A stretch of 40,114 bases of DNA from IMG/VR virus record IMGVR_UViG_3300045988_176320, positions 1-40,114 of that record; one strand, given 5' to 3'. A program made the position numbers and the translations under genes. How positions within the stretch are numbered: the first letter of the stretch is position 1; the number at the start of each line of letters is the position of its first letter. Of the stretch, positions 39,090 through 40,114 are shown piece by piece. Origin of the DNA: a virus. The notes beneath the pieces are model-generated. The model was not told the origin of the DNA. It saw only the letters and a program-made list of their open reading frames with translations, and did no database searches.

Positions 39090-39512
39090 ATGGGAACAAT
39101 AATTGTCGCACTAATTGCAGCTATATCCGCTATTGTAGCTCCTATCATTACTGCTTGTATCAATAATTCGCACTCTTTAAAAGCTATACAGCTTAATAAC
39201 TTTTATAAAGAAAAATTTAAATTATACACTTCTTTCGTTAGAGTATATTTTTATTGGAAAGAAGAAAAAACCAACCAAAACTATTATAACTTTGTGGCAA
39301 CTTCCTATCAAGTCATGGCTGTTTCTAATTATTTTGCAATAGATGAAATAACAAAATTACTGAGGATGTCTGAAACATTTATTTCTCACAAACCATATAT
39401 CGAAGATGGACACCCAGTCACCGAAATAGCCTTAGACCAACAATTAGTTGAATGCATTTCTCAACTTAATGAAGATATTTATCAAACTATAAAAATTACA
39501 AAAAGTAAATAA
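39090..39512 (+). CDS. Membrane-anchored hypothetical protein (accessory; A+T-rich)
   Basis: 140 aa with an N-terminal TM (IIVALIAAISAIVAPIITACI). GGAG lies 5 nt upstream of the start. It has its own promoter and terminator. Confidence 0.65.
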   Translation: MGTIIVALIAAISAIVAPIITACINNSHSLKAIQLNNFYKEKFKLYTSFVRVYFYWKEEKTNQNYYNFVATSYQVMAVSNYFAIDEITKLLRMSETFISHKPYIEDGHPVTEIALDQQLVECISQLNEDIYQTIKITKSK

Positions 39513-39515
39513 TAC

Positions 39516-39546
39516 GCAAAAAGTAGGCAGAAGCCTACTTTTCTTA
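39516..39546. terminator. Bidirectional rho-independent terminator
   Basis: AAGTAGGC (39521-39528) pairs with GCCTACTT (39533-39540), flanked by A- and T-runs. It lies between the convergent genes 39090-39512 (+) and 39603-39929 (-). Confidence 0.7.
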
Positions 39547-39602
39547 TAATTTTTATTTTAAGATTTTATTTTCGGATTTTTCTTTTTATATCTTTTTTAA
39601 AT

Positions 39603-39929
39603 TTATTCCCTTGTTTCGTAGTCAATAATCTGGCTATCAATCTGTTTTAGGCGCGCTGTAATAGTGCTTTCTTTTGCTTTATAAAATACAAGCATGGCTG
39701 ACATACGTTTTGTCGTATCTTGCAGTGTCTGGATATCAGCCCTTATCTGCTGTATCTTAGCCCATAACCGCCCCCTCTCTTTCTTTATTTTGTCAACGCT
39801 TTTTCTACGGCGGACTGTACGTTCCGCTTTGAAACATTTATCATAGGTCAAACTAAAAATAATCAATGCCCCCGACAATCCTACTGCAAGAACAAACGCA
39901 ATCCACAGACTTATTATCTCTTCACTCAT
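39603..39929 (-). CDS. Hypothetical membrane-anchored coiled-coil protein
   Basis: 108 aa with the TM ISLWIAFVLAVGLSGALIIF. There is a TAATG overlap with the junction-spanning gene. Confidence 0.55.
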   Translation of the reverse strand: MSEEIISLWIAFVLAVGLSGALIIFSLTYDKCFKAERTVRRRKSVDKIKKERGRLWAKIQQIRADIQTLQDTTKRMSAMLVFYKAKESTITARLKQIDSQIIDYETRE

Positions 39930-40114
39930 TATTTTATCAATCCCCTGTCTTTCAACGCTTTAAACATTTCTTCATTTTGCTCAGGTGATTGCACAATAAA
40001 TCCTGAAACTCCCCTAAAAACATCTGAGATAATTTCCGAGAGAAGCAAAATTGTGCTCAATCCCCCAGTATAAGGTTGCGAATTTATAAACTTTCGCAAT
40101 AGTCTTTCTAGTTC
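39929..40114 (-). CDS. 3' part of the junction-spanning gene (same gene as 1-252; bases 40016-40114 duplicate 1-99)
   Basis: The frame is continuous with 1-252 across the circular junction. The stop is TAA at 39931-39929. Confidence 0.5.
   Translation of the reverse strand, partial: ELERLLRKFINSQPYTGGLSTILLLSEIISDVFRGVSGFIVQSPEQNEEMFKALKDRGLIK
40016..40114. repeat. Terminal direct repeat, copy 2 (identical to 1-99)
   Basis: 99/99 identical, read directly. Confidence 0.95.

Overview
The window is a complete, circularly closed genome of a temperate dsDNA phage or excised prophage. Bases 1-99 are repeated exactly at 40016-40114, so the unique length is 40,015 bp, and one small gene runs across the artificial ends. 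Almost all genes are on the minus strand.

Order on the circle:
- Lysogeny end: XRE-type repressor (827-1231), tyrosine integrase (1273-2586) and an unoccupied attP (2587-2900) with a tRNA 3' fragment and TACCCCAAA arm repeats.
- Late genes (23424 down to 3008): small and large terminase, putative portal, scaffold, major capsid, several large virion and tail proteins, three collagen-like fibre paralogues, and a holin-type lysis cluster with no recognisable endolysin.
- Early and middle genes (37715 down to 24047): Rad52/Sak-like annealase plus PD-(D/E)XK exonuclease, a hexapeptide beta-helix protein, ERCC4-like nuclease, SSB, DUF4373/DnaD-like replication organiser, a phage sigma-70-family factor, a C5 cytosine methyltransferase, and a 2.8-kb cassette (PAPS-reductase-like, ASCH and Cys-rich proteins) bounded by 90-bp direct repeats.
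- Regulatory region (36.7-39.1 kb): dense in small HTH genes.
- A+T-rich accessory island that wraps the ends (39.0 kb to 0.7 kb).

Most interesting signals:
1. Two strong face-to-face promoters enclose about 570 bp of apparently non-coding, highly structured sequence between two HTH genes.
2. A 37-nt promoter-like motif is conserved three times in front of the late operons, alongside the phage sigma factor.
3. A 310-nt stretch of the methyltransferase gene reads as methyltransferase-like sequence in two overlapping frames.
4. The cassette is flanked by direct repeats whose only mismatches are synonymous.
5. An 18 x 18-bp in-frame tandem repeat encodes a cysteine-laddered beta-helix.
6. There are several promoter-and-terminator-equipped morons.

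All product calls come from motifs recognised by eye. No similarity search, RNA folding or composition calculation could be run.
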